Shown one piece after another: positions 50,389 to 63,400 of a stretch of DNA of 64,000 nt (the first letter of the stretch is position 1; the number at the start of each line of letters is the position of its first letter). The translations under genes and the position numbers were made by a program. Source of the stretch: Moniliella sp. 'wahieum' (taxonomy: Eukaryota); contig RSEE01000089.1 in assembly GCA_003971905.1 (NCBI GenBank), positions 1-64,000 on the forward strand, written 5' to 3'. The notes below the pieces were generated by a model. The model did not search any database. It saw only the letters and a list, made by a program, of their open reading frames with translations, and had not been told where the DNA came from.

Positions 50389-50679
50389 GGCGAGTGATGG
50401 AGCGGTGTAGCAGGAGCTAACCCCCCTCTCTCTGGGGTCCAGGCTGAGGCCTTAGGCTAAGGCGTAAGCCTTGGGCCGTGCGGTGGCATCACGTGATCGC
50501 CACCCAGTCCCTGACGTAATCCGCGGACAGTGGTGCGGAATGGGGCCAGGCGGGCGGAAGCAAAAGAGAAATTTCCCGCTGTTTTTTTTAGCTGCGAAGT
50601 TGGTTGGCTGGCGCTTTTCGCGTCAACCTTCGCCTCTCCTCCGACACCGCCGATCCCACCTTTCCCTCCCCCAACAACC
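50389..50679. promoter_or_regulatory. Bidirectional promoter UBX/NOP58
   Basis: 291 bp between divergent ATGs. Contains TCACGTGA (50489), TGACGTAA (50512) and RRPE-like GAAATTT (50568) next to a T-tract. Confidence 0.45.
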
Positions 50680-52372
50680 ATGGTTCTCGTTCTCTTTGAG
50701 ACGGCTGGTGCGTACGAGCCATCGCATCTGTGTTTTCAGGAGCTGACCACCAGGACTGTTCAGTTGGCTTTTGTCTCTTCCAGCTCGCATCCCCCACGTC
50801 CGCTATCAAGAGCGGTGACCTGGCCAAGAAACTCAAGTCAGCCGACGATGCTGCCAGCTTGATTAAGCTCCAGGCCATTCATCGCTTCACCTCTACTGAG
50901 GCGGTGCAGGATGCGTCTGACATTGGCGAGGGCAAGGTTTCCAAGTCGCTCAAGAAGTTCTTGACGGCCGAGATCAAGGACAAGGCGGCCAAAGGTGGAC
51001 CAGAGCAGCTGGTTGTGATCGACCCCAAGCTGGGTGGAGCAATTAGCAAAAAAGTGGGCATCGACGTGTACTCGGACTCGTCGGTCATGGACTTGTACCG
51101 TGGTATTCGGGAGCACCTCGCTAGTCTTCTTTCGGCTTCGGGTGCAGCCGATGGCTCGGGCGCCGTCGACTCCCGGGACATCTCGACCATGGCGCTGGGT
51201 CTGTCGCACAGCTTGTCGCGGTATAAGCTCAAGTTCAGCCCCGACAAGGTGGACACGATGATTGTCAGGCCATTGGTCTGCTGGACGACTTGGACAAGGA
51301 AGTCAACATTTATGCCATGCGTGTCAAGGAATGGTACGGCTGGCACTTCCCTGAGATGGGCAAGATTGTGAATGACAATGTTGCCTATGCCAAGTCGATC
51401 GCGCCATGGGATTCCGTACCAACGCGCATTCGACTGACTTTTCTGAGATTCTCCCTACTGAGATCGAAGAGACTCTCAAGGCCGCTGCTGAGATCTCGAT
51501 GGGCACAGAAATCTCCGAGTCGGATCTGGCTCACATCAAGAACTTGCCGAGCAAGTCATTAACATCTCAGCCTACCGTGCACAGCTGTACAGCTACCTCC
51601 AACAACGCATGTCACACATTGCGCCTAACCTTACCGCCCTTGTAGGGGAGTTGGTCGGGCGCGTCTCATTTCCCACGCAGGTTCGCTGATGAACTTGGCT
51701 AAGGCGCCAGCTTCAACGATCCAGATCCTTGGTGCCGAGAAGGCCCTCTTCCGTGCCCTCAAGACAAAGCACGACACGCCAAAGTATGGTCTGTTGTACC
51801 ACGCCTCGCTTGTGGGACAAGCACCCAACAAGCTGAAGGGTAAGATGGCGCGTATGGTGGCGACCAAGACGGCGCTGTCGGTGCGCCTTGATGCTCTGGC
51901 GGATGATCAGACGACGAAGCGCATGCTACATCGACCGGCAATGACAACACGGGCCATGCATCAATTGGTATTGAAGCCCGCAATGTTCTGGAACACGCCT
52001 CCACGCTTTTGAGAGCGGAAACTTCTCGGGCGCTCTCAAGAAGGATCGGTCTTTTGGCGCCGCCAAGCAGAGCGCATACCAGCCTGAACTTTCTGCCCCA
52101 CGGACGTACAACGCGGGTGTTGACGCTCCAGTCACCGCGCCGGCTGAGGAGGAGAAGAAACTTTCCAAGGAGGAGCGGAAGGCAGCCAAAAAGGCTGCGA
52201 AGAAGGCAGCTAAGGAAGGGGACGTGTCGATGGCTACGTCCGAGGCAGACGAGAGCAAGAAGCTTTCTAAGGAGGAACGCAAGGCCGCTAAGAAGGCCAA
52301 GAAGCGTGCCGCCGAGGAGGATGGGGATGAGAGCAAGACGGAGAAAAAAAGAAGAGCAAGCACAGCGCTTGA
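50680..52372 (+). CDS. NOP58: Box C/D snoRNP protein Nop58
   Basis: MVLVLFETA / intron 50708-50763 / [93 protein letters not shown]-rich tail. Confidence 0.96.
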
Positions 52373-53643
52373 GGGTTTGTTCCAGGCCCACTTTCATCAA
52401 TCCTTGCAATTCGTCTTCATCTCGCGGCCGCATGCCCCCCTCTGGCGGCGCCCCCCCTCCTAACCCCCATCCTAACCCCCATCCAACATCTATCAAAAAC
52501 ACCCAAGATGGCACCACCAGCGGGTCATGCGCTGCTGCATGCCCGTGTAATTGTATGTCTAGTCAATGACATTGACTTCCTCATAGTTTGGCAACGTCAA
52601 GATAAACTGAAGTGGAAGGCAGGCGTTACGGGTTGCAAGTACCGCGTTTAATATGTAGCCTGCTGCCATGATGGAATCGCGACAGGAACAGAGGAAGAGT
52701 ACGTCAATGTTGGCTATAAAAACAGAAGGTTACGGTGTTGTGGCATACTGTGGGATAGATGCCTCGTATTTTGACTGCTTCCGTGACCCTGATCCATGAT
52801 TCATGGAATAGGCTTATGTGCGCGATAGAGTCCGTGCTGCATTCATTGTGGTGCGACGAAGCCTGTTCCCACGGGTGTTTATACACCACGCCTACTTGCG
52901 CAGCTCTCTGCAGCTACCTGAGGGCATCCCCACGGAGTATCTTGTCCATATTGGCGCGGGGTGTTGCTCTCATTGTGGGTGTACACGAGACAGCTATGAT
53001 GTTGGAGGCTGGTACGCGCGCAAGCACACGACATCTATTTCGCCTTCCCTTTTCTTTGTGCTTACTATATTCGACACTACGCCCTAATCAATTAAGCAAT
53101 GCGTTTTACCAGCTGATCAGAGTTTCCTGCTTGTGTGGCTCTCTTATCATATAGTCAACACAGTAGCCGAGGCATTTAATGGAAAGTCCACGGAGCAGTA
53201 CTGAGGCTAAAGCAGGTGCTCACTTAATACTGAAGATATAGGGTTGTCTTGATGGCGCAGCGCTCAGCTGAGCGTTCACAGAACACTCGGATGCTCCCGT
53301 GTACTAAAGTTAAACCCGTAAGTCCCCTCTTTCAGATGATGCTCAAAGCTAACTCGTATGGTACTTGTTGACCGATGAACCGTTGACCCCGTAGGAGGTC
53401 TAGTAGATCCATCACTCATAGCTATAGCATCACGCGGCTTCGGTTTGATGATGGGAATCTGGGTCCATGTATGATAGGCCTTGTTGGTGTACAACTGCCT
53501 CTCCAGTGCACACACCATCCGACCACACGAGCACTACAATAAGGGATGATCGATAGAGAAGGGTAGCATAGCTGTACCAATAGAGCGGGTCTCAGCGCCG
53601 GTATGCGCATGGGGGAGAGGGGGCGTTGGCCATCACGCATCCG

Positions 53644-54042
53644 TCACTTAGTTGACCGCCCTCGGGGTTTGAATATTGATACGACCAGGGGCACAATGCA
53701 CATGTGGAAAGCACGCCTTGTGCGAACTGGCCCAACCCACAGTTTCCTACTTCTTTTGTTCTTGTTATTGTCGGGAGAAACGGCCCAGCGGGCGGCAACT
53801 TCCTTAATGATTTCCGTAGGGAGAAGATGGGGATTCTCTGCTTGGACGACCGGAAACGTCTTTTTGACAAATTGCATGTACAGTGTCGGACGCTTCGGCT
53901 TGTCCTGCGGGGTGGGGGCCTTCTTGACGGGCACCAACGCTGGGGCTGAGAAGTGGAGGGAGCGGATGCTGGCAGTGGACGCCGGGTACACAGCGGAGCG
54001 GCGGAGGGCAGGGACAAAGCGCATTGCGGAGGCAGTGACCAT
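53644..54042 (-). CDS. Small HMG-box/YABBY-like protein with mitochondrial-type presequence
   Basis: MVTASAMRFVPALRRS..IRSLHFSAPAL then KPKRPTLYMQFVKKTFPVVQAENPHLLPTEIIKEVAARW. The true stop is probably TAG near 53747 if one A is missing. Confidence 0.7.
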   Translation of the reverse strand: MVTASAMRFVPALRRSAVYPASTASIRSLHFSAPALVPVKKAPTPQDKPKRPTLYMQFVKKTFPVVQAENPHLLPTEIIKEVAARWAVSPDNNKNKRSRKLWVGPVRTRRAFHMCIVPLVVSIFKPRGRSTK

Positions 54043-54467
54043 GGAGTAAGGTGGTGGTGGGGCAGGTCGAGAAGAGGCGGCGCACGCCGCACCGTCATTT
54101 ATATCTGCTGTGGGTCTGCCGAGCTACTTGAATCTAGGGGTCAGCGGCGTCCAACGGTGGGAGGGGCAGTATGTACCCCTCTGTCCCCAGCCTGTTGACG
54201 TTAATATATGACCCTCGCACATGTCACAACATCGTCACCCTCGTGTGTCACAATCTCGTCACCCTCGTCATAGGTGTGCATTTCATTCCGCCCGCTCTTC
54301 CTTCCGCCGCGCCCCGCATGTCCGCCTGGATGGGTTTCAAATTGCAAATCACCCCGTCTTTTCCGTTTCGGGGTTGGGTTGCTTGGCGCTCGCCAGCTCG
54401 CCTCGCAAACTTTTGGCCTTCTCTGTCTTTCTTGACCCCCACCTCCACCACCCCTTCTCTGTCCCCG

Positions 54468-55559
54468 ATGATCACGCGCGAAGAGCTTGCGGCACCCGTC
54501 GCGGCCGTATCGATCGCGTCCTGGATCCTGGTCTACTCGCCCCAGCTGTACGAGACATGGGCACGCAAATCCGGCGATGGTCTCAGCGTGACCTTCATTT
54601 TCATCTGGCTCGCCGCCGATGCGCTTAATGGCATTGGCGCCTTTCAACAAAAACTGATGCCGTCGATGGTGGTGCTGGCTGTGTACTACTGCATCTGTGA
54701 CCTGATTCTCCTGTGGCAATACTACTACTACCGTCACCTGCAGCGCATGCGTGCGCGCAAGCATCTCCAAGCTCGTGCCCAAGCCAGTTTTGCCGACGAG
54801 TCCACGCCCTTGATTGTCGGTGCGACAGGCGAGGGGGACGAGGACGACCTGGACGACGCGGATTTGGACATTGATTTGACGCACGACTTGGCTGCTGCTG
54901 CGGCGGCAGACGAGGATGTGGCGCATGCCTTGGCCGAGGACGAGGCGGCGGAAGCGGCCGAGGCACAGCAGTGGTGGATCCCTCTGCTCAAGTACCTGGC
55001 TGCTATTTTCTTCGTCGTCTGCTCTGGCTTGACCGTGTGGGCTCTCAGCCCCGCCCCAGATGATGTGGAGCCCATCTCGATTGCACTGCATGAAGGTGCG
55101 GAATGGCGTTGGGATGCCCAGGTGGCCGGATGGATCAGCGCCGTGCTCTACCTCACTTCGCGTATCCCTCAGATCCTGCTCAACCGCAAGACCCACTGCG
55201 AGGGTCTGAGCATGGCTCTGTTTATATTTACAGTTTTGGCCAACGGCACTTATGTCGCTGTACGTGTTCCCTACGATGGGGTCTGAGACGAGCCACTTGG
55301 CCAAAAGCTGTATGCTAACCCTTTTTTTTGGCAGAGCATCCTACTCAAATCGACCGAGCGGTGGTGGGTGATGGAGAACCTATCGTGGATCGTGGGCTCG
55401 CTGGGGACGCTGTTTATCGATATTTTTGTGTTGGGGCAGTTCATCTACTATGCCCCGCTCCGGCGGCACGAGGAGCACCTGGCCAAGCGCCGCCGTATCC
55501 TCCTCAAAGCCCGGGCGCGCCAACGCCAGCGCGCTGCTGCCAACGAGTCGGCAGCCTAA
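54468..55559 (+). CDS. PQ-loop vacuolar cationic amino acid transporter (Ypq/PQLC2 family)
   Basis: WILVYSPQLY..KSGDGLS; YLTSRIPQI..CEGLS; intron 55260-55334; NLSWIVGSLGTLFID; dileucine-like DESTPLI. Confidence 0.92.
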
Positions 55560-56053
55560 TGACCTCTCGGGCTATGTTCTTTCATCACTTTTTGTGCACT
55601 GTCTGTACGATCTTGTCTGTACCGTCCCTCACCATCTATTAGTCATTGCCCTGCATTTTCCACCATCGGGTACTCTGATAGAGGGGCCAGACGTCGGACT
55701 GAGAGGCCAACTCGCTAGCGCACTTCCCTACTAGATCACATTTGGTCTCGTGAGAGAAGAGGTGAAAGTGGGTGTTGTCGCTATGAGTTACACGACCTGC
55801 CAGGGCCGGGGGAGGCGCTGGCACGCTGACGTAAGCGGGTACTGTACTGTCCAGGGGTAAACTAAACGTTATAATCAGCAGTGCCCGCTTCCTCGGCCAG
55901 TCTACTAACCGCTCCCCTGCAGCACGCCCAGTGGGAGGGGGGCAGTGTGGGGGCTTGGCTGGGCCGAATGTGGCGCAGAGCAGACAGGGCGAGTCTGGTC
56001 CCTTGCCGTTGCAGCGGGCGAGGGGTAGATGCTTTGGTTGGCTCCTCCACCAC

Positions 56054-56078
56054 CTCTCTCTCTCTCTCTCTCTCTCTC
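56054..56078. repeat. (CT)n microsatellite in the EB1 5' leader
   Basis: Direct reading. Confidence 0.9.
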
Positions 56079-56097
56079 CTTCCACCTTGCCCCCGCA

Positions 56098-57167
56098 ATG
56101 GGAGAGTCGCGCACCGAGCTGATTGCCTGGCTCAACGAGCTTCTCGGCCTGGGCTACACCAAGGTCGAGCAGTGTGGGACGGGGGCGGCGTATGCTCAAA
56201 TCATCGACTCCATCTACGGTTCGTCTCTGCTCTGCATTGCTGATCGCTCATGCGTGTGCTCTCCCTTCCCCACAGCACAAATGCTGACCTATAATACCGC
56301 TGTGCCAGGCAACGTGCCCATGTCCAAGATCAACTGGAACGCGAAGCAAGAGTACGAGTACTTGGGCAACTACAAGGTTCTCCAAGAAGTGTTTAAGCGC
56401 AAAAGATTGCCAAGCCGATCCCGGTCGAGCGGCTGACCAAATGCAAGATGCAGGACAACCTCGAGTGGCTCCAATGGAGCAAGGTATGTCCTCCTACTTT
56501 TCCCCTCCCTTTCTCGATCAAGGACAAAAGCTAACTCACTCACAGAGGTTCTGGGACAGCAACTTCCCAGGGGGAGAATACGACGCTGAGAGCCGTCGAC
56601 ACGGCGCGGTGGCGGGCGCGCACTCGCCAGCTGGGCATGCGGCTGGTGGCCATGGCCGTCTGACTGCTGCCGGCCGAGCGCCGGGGGGCGCAGGGGCTGG
56701 TGCCGGAACAAGGGCTCGGTCGCCTGTCTCTCCCTCTGCTCGTCGCCCAGGTGCTGCGCGTCCGCCCGCCGTCGACTCGGCAGCCGTTCGGGCGGCGCAG
56801 CAGCAGCATGAGCAGGATGCAGCGGCTTTGGCCTCGTTGACGGAAGAGGTGGATGAGATGCGGGCCAATGTGGCGACGATCGAGCGAGAGCGCGACTTTT
56901 ATTTTGACAAGCTTCGTGAGATTGAGATTTTGGTGACGGAGCGACTGGGGACAGTGTCGCAAGTTCCTGGACACTCGAAGGACGAAGTGGCACTCCTTAC
57001 TCAACTTCAGACTATCATGTACGCCACGGACGAAGGGTTTGCCGTGGAAGGCGAGGAACAGGTGAGTCTTGCGTGATGATCAAGGTGGGAGATCACTATG
57101 GGAAACTGGCACAGAGGCTGACGAAAGGTCGAAACAGGGCGCGGTGGATGAAGAACAGATGTTCTGA
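56098..57167 (+). CDS. BIM1: Microtubule plus-end tracking protein EB1 (Bim1/Mal3/Peb1)
   Basis: CH domain MGESRTELIAWLN..KVEQCGTGAAYAQIIDSIY..KMQDNLEWLQW; EBH ERERDFYFDKLREIE..IMYATDEGF; tail EEQMF. Introns 56219-56308, 56484-56545 and 57062-57137. Confidence 0.96.
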
Positions 57168-58032
57168 TCCCTCCTCTTCTGTGCAGCCATCGATAGGCAT
57201 CTCATTTCTATCTTCGATCTCAATCCCCAATGCCTCCCAGCAGCTCTTGAATACCTTCATCCATTACCCTTGCAAACATCTGTCTCGGGCAATTTGTCCA
57301 CAATGCGTAGAGCATGTGATACGTCGAGGAGGATATTTTTTCTCTTCGTCGTCCTCACTGTTGGCCTCCTACAACGCCACAGCAATCATGCCAGGGTCAT
57401 GAAACCCTCAACGTTCAAGTGTCCTCTGCTAGTGTGTGTCATACTGTACCACTTAAGATGAAGACGAGAGGCGCTCTGGGTTGACGTTCGTCATCAAGAT
57501 GTGAGATTTTGGATGTGTGTATAGTCGGAAGAAGATGAAAGGGAAAAGGATAATGGTACACAGCAATAACGAAGAGTTTTACCATTATATAAGTGACTTG
57601 CAGGCCAAGGTCGAGTGGAGGCCAATGTGACGAGGAGGAAAAAAATGGAACAACGAAAGAGAGTCCTACCTATGGATTGGCAGCTATAAGATCCAAGAGA
57701 GGCGAACCGTCTTGTCGGTCCCTGTCCAACACACTAAAAATGAATTGACTGCTCCTTCGGTCCCTCCTTTTCCCTTTTCCACGAACGCTTTGCTCTGTTC
57801 CATTATCCATGTTCACATATCCTATGTGGGGCTTCTCTGGCCCCGGTGCTGTGGGTCTCACTTTTCCATAGGGTCTCTACTGTGCTGTGCAGGTTAGGTT
57901 AGGCATAAAGTAAGTGCTAGTCTGAGTCTACTGTTCACAGTCGCGAAGAGTTGGAAACAAGGGGCTGTTCAGCGACCTCATCGGTAGGGTTAGATGGTGG
58001 AGAAATATGCAACAAAGGAACTGTCGGGCAAG

Positions 58033-58113
58033 GGCCTCTTGGCGCAGCGGTAGCGCGTGAGATTCCAGTTCCTGGCTTCCTCAAGGTCATCCGTTCAAAT
58101 CGGGTAGGGGTCA
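58033..58113 (+). tRNA. tRNA-Trp (CCA) with short intron
   Basis: Acceptor stem GGCCTCT/AGGGGTC; D stem GCGC/GCGC; anticodon CCA 58065-58067; ~9-nt intron containing TGG; T arm ATCCG-TTCAAAT-CGGGT. Confidence 0.9.
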
Positions 58114-58115
58114 TC

Positions 58116-58121
58116 TTTTTT
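58116..58121 (+). terminator. RNA Pol III terminator T-tract
   Basis: TTTTTT immediately after the tRNA. Confidence 0.75.
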
Positions 58122-59859
58122 GCGTCCTCCCAAATTTTCTTGTTTACCACTCTGCTTAAATGGAGCACGTCTTGGGGGCGTCCCCCCGGCCTGTGAGTCA
58201 ACGATACTTAGCATTTCATTGTCCACCATTCCATAACACGAGCCATGAGTAATACCAACATACATAATAGTCACGTTCAACATTCGTTTTCTCTCAGTCT
58301 GTTGTGGTGACGACGGCGCGCTTGCAGTGCGCTATATATGCCAACCGCCAAACCAAAAACTGCCAAGGTGAGCCGGTGAGATGCCAAAAGATGATGAAAC
58401 AGAGTCTCATCGCATATATATCTGCACACCTGTTGGGAAAGTGAAAATATAATAACCGCATATACCTATAATGGAGGGACATTATAGGCTGCTGAGAAGG
58501 GAGCCGTCCCTTGACACCACACGCAGTACTCTCTGATTTTCGTCTTTTTCTGACCTCTCTCGGTTAGTCAGAGACAGATGGATTGTCGAAGATCGTTCTG
58601 TCTGAATCGCTATAACCACACGCACAGCTTGCATGATGCTCAGAAACTTCTTTCACGGTCTATAATGGTCGAAATATGGGCACAGCCTTTTGTTCCCTCC
58701 GTCGAACAACAAAACATCCCACAAGCCTCTCTCTTTCTTTCGTGTGGGTACATAACTACATGTTACTCGCACACAGATGGCACCATGGACACACTACAAT
58801 ACTACCGTGGCATGACTTGATGGCTCATCGATCATCGGCTGCACGACTCGAGCTCCTTCATCAACAGTGCTTCGGTAACTAGTAACTCTTCACATAATTT
58901 TGGATGTGGTGCGGGTGGAAAATAATGGTGCCACCATGGAACGAAGAATTGAACGCAGGACTGAACGCAGGGCTGCTAATGAACGTAGAACTGTGGATGA
59001 AGTTTGCACCAGTGGAAACTGAGTGCAACTAGGTTCACTATGAGGCCGGGAGGATGGAGAGTATAAAACACTCATAGATATATTATTTTGCTCATAAGAA
59101 CGGTGTGAAAGAATCGGCTGAGGGCAGTGCACATGCAGGATGATCGATGATCTAACTGAGCGCTTTAACAATTTTTTACTCGCAAATCCTCATTCACGCC
59201 GTGGATGCAGATGGCTCTCTCCGTCTACAAAATCTCTAAGCCAAGGAGCTCTTAGAACGGTTGCATAAAGTGGGAACGGGGTTGCAAGTAGAGTGAAGTA
59301 TGTGGTGTGACGAGGAGACCACCAACAACGAGAGAGAACAGATAGAACAGAGGGATAAAAGGGAAGTAGCTGTGCGGCAGCGCGTGGCATCGAGAATGGC
59401 CCCGTGTTTGAGACCACGGTGCAAAAGAACAAGTCGTCCGTTCGCCATGCAGAGAGAGAGTGCGGTGGTATGGTCCCCGTTAACGAGGATAAGGTTCCAG
59501 CGATGTGGCCGATATAGCCATGGAAGTGTTGCCACATCATGCGTCACTCCTCACAATCTACCAAAGGAAAGACCGATGGCCAGAAATGGGATTCATCAGT
59601 TCACTATCAAGTATCCGAGTACCGACGACCACTCATTCAGCACATCAGGCAACTCCTCCTGCTCTTAGTCGTCTTTCTACTCCCTGCCTAGTCCACCAGC
59701 TCCCGTCCTCAGCTCTTCGTTCCTCAGTCCTCCCAACAGCCCGTGTGTGCCTTCCTCGTGTCACGTCAAAGCCCAGCTCAGTTCAGCCGCGTGTGATCCT
59801 CCCTATAGCCACGCCCCCCCCAGTCCCGTCCAGTTCCAGTTTAGCAGCGTAGGTCCTCC

Positions 59860-60112
59860 GCTGCCTCCTCCCTTCTTGAACCACGAATGCTTCAGACACG
59901 CTCCTGCCGCCCAAGCCGGTGCTACGCAGCCTTGCCACACCTGCACAGCCGCCTCTGCTATACGCCGAGAGGCCTCTCCTTGTCCCTATCTCCGCTCAGA
60001 TCCCCAAATCAGTCAAGCGCGTAACTACCGTGAGTCGACCTTCCGTATTAAGGGATGGTACAACCCCAACTATTTCCTGGGTGAGCCCCCTGGCGGGGGG
60101 CCCGCCCGTGAC
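59860..60112 (+). mobile_element. Dispersed LTR-like repeat, copy D (3' part)
   Basis: gcttcagacacg..cccaagccggtgc..cagccgcctc..aggcct..gtcccta-ctccgctc..taccgtgagtcgacc..aagggat..cccctggcgg..gcccgtgac matches 1703-1918. Confidence 0.75.
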
Positions 60113-60439
60113 CATTTTCCCGATTCACCCAGTGATGGAGACAGTTGGATGGGTGGAAGGTAGGCGCACGGGACACGTCAAAAGCACCACGGATGGTGAG
60201 TTGTGTAGACGTATACTTGGTGGCGCGAGGGGCTGAGGTTGTGTGATGAATGCTGGGTGCTGGGGGATGGTTGGTGGTAGTGCTAAGCATGTTACATGAT
60301 GTCTTTCAATATGCTACGTTGCTCCTGCCAACCGTGACGCGCTGCATATGCTCGGCCAAAGCCAACGCCGATGAGCAAGCGGCGCAAGGAAGCCCTGACC
60401 ATGACCGGTGGCCGGACTGGGTACTGATTTGTGATGTGC

Positions 60440-63400
60440 AACATGTGACCGGTGACCTCACGCAGGGAACTAGTGAGGTAGTGAGACAAGGCTCACTCAG
60501 GTCCAACGTCCGGCTCGAGCAGGTACCTACCCTCGGACCAACCCTCAGGCCCTGAAGCTCAGGGTAGGCCTGAGTGCCTGAGGCCCGATGCATGATGTCT
60601 GATGCACCTGATGATACTAATGCTGCGCCTGAGTACCTGAATACCCTATCGAGTGGGGCAAAAGGATCTCTGTGCTGCTTTGCTCCGTCGCTCAGTACTC
60701 AGTGAGCGAGTGGCCGGTGGCCAGTGAACGTGCTGAACTCAGTATGCCCGTCCTTCGGCGCATTTCTTGGGATTTCCAGCTTCAAGTGAAGCTTCAGGTT
60801 ATTAATGTGGACAGAAAGTGCCATGCATGGCTGGTCACCCGGTCGACCCGAACACCGAGGTCACCGCGCCCGAACAACCAAAAGTGACGTGTGATCGATT
60901 CTCGATTCTCGAGATTATCACCGGCACCAATCATCTGTACGATGTCGATGTTTCCTTTCGTAATAGGCAGCCTCTCTGGCCTCAGACTGGGGCCTCAGGC
61001 TACCTTAGAGTGAGCTTCAGACTGAAGCTTCAGGAGCCTACTGAAGCTTGAGAACCGTTGAACGCCTGAGCCTAAGCCAGCTGGCTAGCTCAAGCTCAAG
61101 CTTCAAAAGCTCTCAGATCTCTCTAGCTTCAAAAGCTCTCAGATCTCTCCAGCTTCAAGCTCTCAGATCTCGCCAGCTTCAAGCCATCAGATTTCGCCAG
61201 CTTCAAGCACCACTGTCACGGAAATCATTAATCAAGCTCAAGCTCAAGTGGCCTCTTCCTGAGATGTCACATGTCACATAGGAAGCGGCCTCTTCCGGAG
61301 ACGTCACATGCTTACCTCCGGTGCTGTGGAACAGGGCCTATACAGTTCAAGTGCGGTACTGAAGTGACAACGTATGTGACCATGTGACCATAGTGACTAT
61401 AGTGACTCGTGCAACGAGCACCTACCGGCCCCTACCCAATATCGGCCTCATTTTCAGGAGCGTCACATTACTCCTTACCGGGTTACATATTCATGTCACA
61501 TGTCACCATGTCACCGGTCCCCGCCGGCTTTCCGACAAAAAAACCACTCTCTGGTCTAAGATCTGATGCAGATTATCAACAGTTTCCAGATCTCAGAGAC
61601 GTGTACATACACGTTGTACGGCCATCTATACCGTGAAAAACGTCCAAAGTTCGCCTAGTAGTGACATCATGAGGATGATCTGGTGTCGCATCTACTCTCT
61701 TGCCCGCTCTGCGCGCACCAAGCGCCGAGAGATGTCGTATCTCAGCCTGAAAGCGCTAAAGTTCACCTGCTCAGCCACTCAGCCACGGTCCGGTTCGCTC
61801 ATCAGTGCTACATCCGTCAGCTTATTGCTAACAGAATGATTTGGTGCAGGGTACACACGGGTGTCTAGACAGTTGTGGGTGCGAAGCGTGAAGCTGTGTG
61901 GCTGTGGAGCTTCAAGTGAATAAGGCGCATGTTGCAGCATAGAGTGAGTATACGGGCGAGATGATCACCACACGGACTCCGTGGACGTAGCGTATACGCC
62001 TGAGGTTTTTACACTATCCATCAAGAGAAAATGACACATAAGGTGTCAATGTGATCCACACGGTGTGTGGACTTTCATCCCACTGGGGGATCTGGCAAGG
62101 ATGGATGGTCTAATTCTGCTCAACGTTCGATCGGCGAATATACTTTCAGCCCCGATGGAGGGCTTCACAAGTGCAACAGTACTCTATCCAGGAACAGTAT
62201 GACGAGTCCTCCACAAACGGTAGCCAATGTTCGTTCGTGTTGCCGTTACGTATTACATGTTACACTCAATGAAAAAGGTGATGAAAGAGGATCATCCTCC
62301 GAGGTTGTGTGGAGACGGTTACATGTTACATGTAACCGGCTATATACGACCGCTGTGTTGATGGCACCATGGGAGAGTGTGACATGTCAGTCTCAGTAAG
62401 TATATCCCTCAGGCGAGTCTCACCAGAGTATCGGGGATACTACAGTTACAGCTGTGCGCCCCTGAGGCTCAGGGCGCTCAGGCCTGATGGGCCTGATCGA
62501 TGTCTGATGAACCTTGAGCGCGCTCAGGCTGAGCGCTGAGCCTCAGCCACACTCGGCCGTTGCACTGATGCGCGGCACAATACTCCTCAAAGGACTGGAG
62601 GATGCAATAATATATGCGGAAAAATCGGAAGAATCCTAGATCAAAGGTTCATGCTCACATTATGCATCATGAAGGGAAGCCTAGCGAAGCTCGAAGCTTG
62701 AAACCCCCTGAGCCTGAGGCCTCAGCCTGATGCCTGAGGCTCAGGCCTGAGTTACGAAGCTTGAGACTAGAAGCTTGAAGCTTAAAGTGACTGAATAAAG
62801 GCCAGGTGATACATGAGGTCTTGTGGGGCCCGAGGCAGTGGAAAAGATCTGTGGGGCTGAGGCGCTGTATCGCTTATGAGGCTCTGGATGAGCGCTCAGC
62901 CTGAGCGCGCGCTCAGCTGAGCCCTGAAGGTGAGGGGCCTGCGCTCAGACCCAGGGATCAAGCACTGTGTACTGATGCGTTGAAGCTCTCTGAGAGATCT
63001 GAGATCTGTGAGATCTGTGAGATCTGAGATCTGGGAGCTACTGTATATAGGCCATCTCAATACTCAGTATTTACCCTCAGGCCGGCCTCAGGCTCAGACC
63101 CTCAGGCCTCAGGTGAGGTCTCAGTACCTCAGTACTCAAGTTCCCAATATCAATACACTGTAAACAGTACGTAGTACTCAGGTACCCACAGCAGCCACTA
63201 AGTACTAATGCCACTAGTTGCTAGTTCCTGGTGCTCCGCGCCATGGCGAAGTCACTTCGATCACTTGTGATCGATGATCAGCTTGTTTTGCTGGATGGTG
63301 CTTTTCATTAACGTTTACTGGTTTTACCGGTTACTTCAAGAAGGGGAAAGATTAATGAGGGGGCTGAGGCCCTGAGGCCCGAGGGCTTGAAGCTTGAGGC

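Noticed and set aside
53276..53518. RNase H-like motif AIAMSDGS
   Set aside because: It is a single short motif without the other catalytic residues or a neighbouring RT
54201..55304. 367-aa antisense ORF, and similar long antisense ORFs over rrm4, NOP58 and the PPR gene
   Set aside because: These are shadows of GC-rich, codon-biased genes on the opposite strand
36651..57167. Functional cluster of microtubule/mRNA-transport genes (rrm4, EB1)
   Set aside because: They are separated by unrelated housekeeping genes; no evidence beyond chance linkage
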